DNA of 64,000 nucleotides from Lama guanicoe (lineage: Eukaryota), in the NCBI GenBank assembly GCA_013239625.1, contig MU053629.1, positions 4,615,567 to 4,679,566 of the forward strand, written 5' to 3'. The notes below the pieces were generated by a model. That model was given only the letters and a program-made list of their open reading frames with translations, ran no database searches and was not told the origin of the DNA. The position numbers were made by a program, and so were the translations under genes. Of the stretch, positions 63,061-64,000 are shown in pieces. Position 1 is the first letter of the stretch, and the number at the start of each line of letters is the position of its first letter.

Positions 63061-64000
63061 TCTCACACTATCCAGATTATTTATGTGTCTCTGCAAATCT
63101 AGATGAGGATTTTCACAGGGGCAGGGTTTTTTCTGCTCATTGTCTATATCCAGCGCCTCACACAGCACTAAATAAATGAATCAGTTCTTGAAAGCTACAT
63201 TCCAAAAATGACTGGTTTACCAGTTATAAGCGGAACATTTAACTTTTTGTATTAAATGTCTTACTTGCATGATAAAGTATAGAAGACACCGAGATGACTC
63301 AAATAGTCAGCTGCCCTGCATATGTGAACAGGCTTGCTTTATTTTCCTATAATCTGAAGTGTAAGGGACAAGAAAATGGTAATTAGGAAAAAAAGAGGGA
63401 AACTTGTCTAAGATTGTAAGTCATTAAAACAAACAAACAAAAACAGTGCTGACTTACGGGCTTACTGGTGCTTGTAGGAGACTTGGAAAGTCATCTGGTC
63501 CAACCTCCTCATTGACCAGTGAGGATACTCAGACCCGGAAAATGAAGTGGCGTGTTCAAGGACACATCACATTTTAGGGGTAGATAGTTAGGATTAACAG
63601 ACATTTTAATCCAAAGCTAGAAACATTTTCAACTGTATTTTAAAAGGATTTCATCCAGAAGGATTACAGAAGGGGTCCAGAAGGCTTTGTGGGCTTATAT
63701 TAAACCATTTCTGAGAAATTCTAATCACTAAATTTTTACTCTATTTTGAAGGTAAGAAGTCCCTGAAACTTTAACCTACTATTCAGTTATTGTGGTTTAT
63801 TATAATTTTTTAATAATCAAACATAAAAGTTTGACATTATTGTTGTGAATACCTGAAATTTTGAAATTAAGAAACCTTTTGTAGATACTTGTCCTTTGGG
63901 ATCAAGAGGACAATCTAAATAACTATTACCTCTTGAACATTTTTTTCTACCTAGACTATTCCTATTCTTGGAAGTTATCTTTACCCAGAATAAAACCTAT

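Overview
Mammalian genomic DNA lying entirely inside MAP2K5 (MEK5) on the + strand. Seven short coding exons (40, 69, 82, 62, 49, 74 and 51 nt; equivalent to human exons ~9-15) have canonical GT-AG boundaries. They splice in frame to the kinase segment ...AYHVPSGKILAVK-VILLD...-HRDVKPSN...DFG...SIAKTYVGTNAYMA. The gene's 5' and 3' ends lie outside the window. The introns hold old L1M, L2, MIR and MER DNA transposons, an ERVL-like solo LTR, younger L1 3' ends, and five tRNA-derived SINEs resembling the camelid Vic-1 type. I saw no Alu, BovA or PRE1 elements, so a camelid source is inferred. I found no convincing new protein-coding system; the other ORF-track hits are L1 remnants or noise. The most notable observations are: a TSD-flanked 3.2-kb ORF2-less 'half-L1'; inverted SINE pairs bracketing exons; a dense PBX/MEIS motif cluster among several candidate enhancers; a candidate recursive-splice/poison exon; and a near-perfect ~165-bp tandem duplication. 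Repeat family names come from recalled consensus motifs, and repeat boundaries are approximate.
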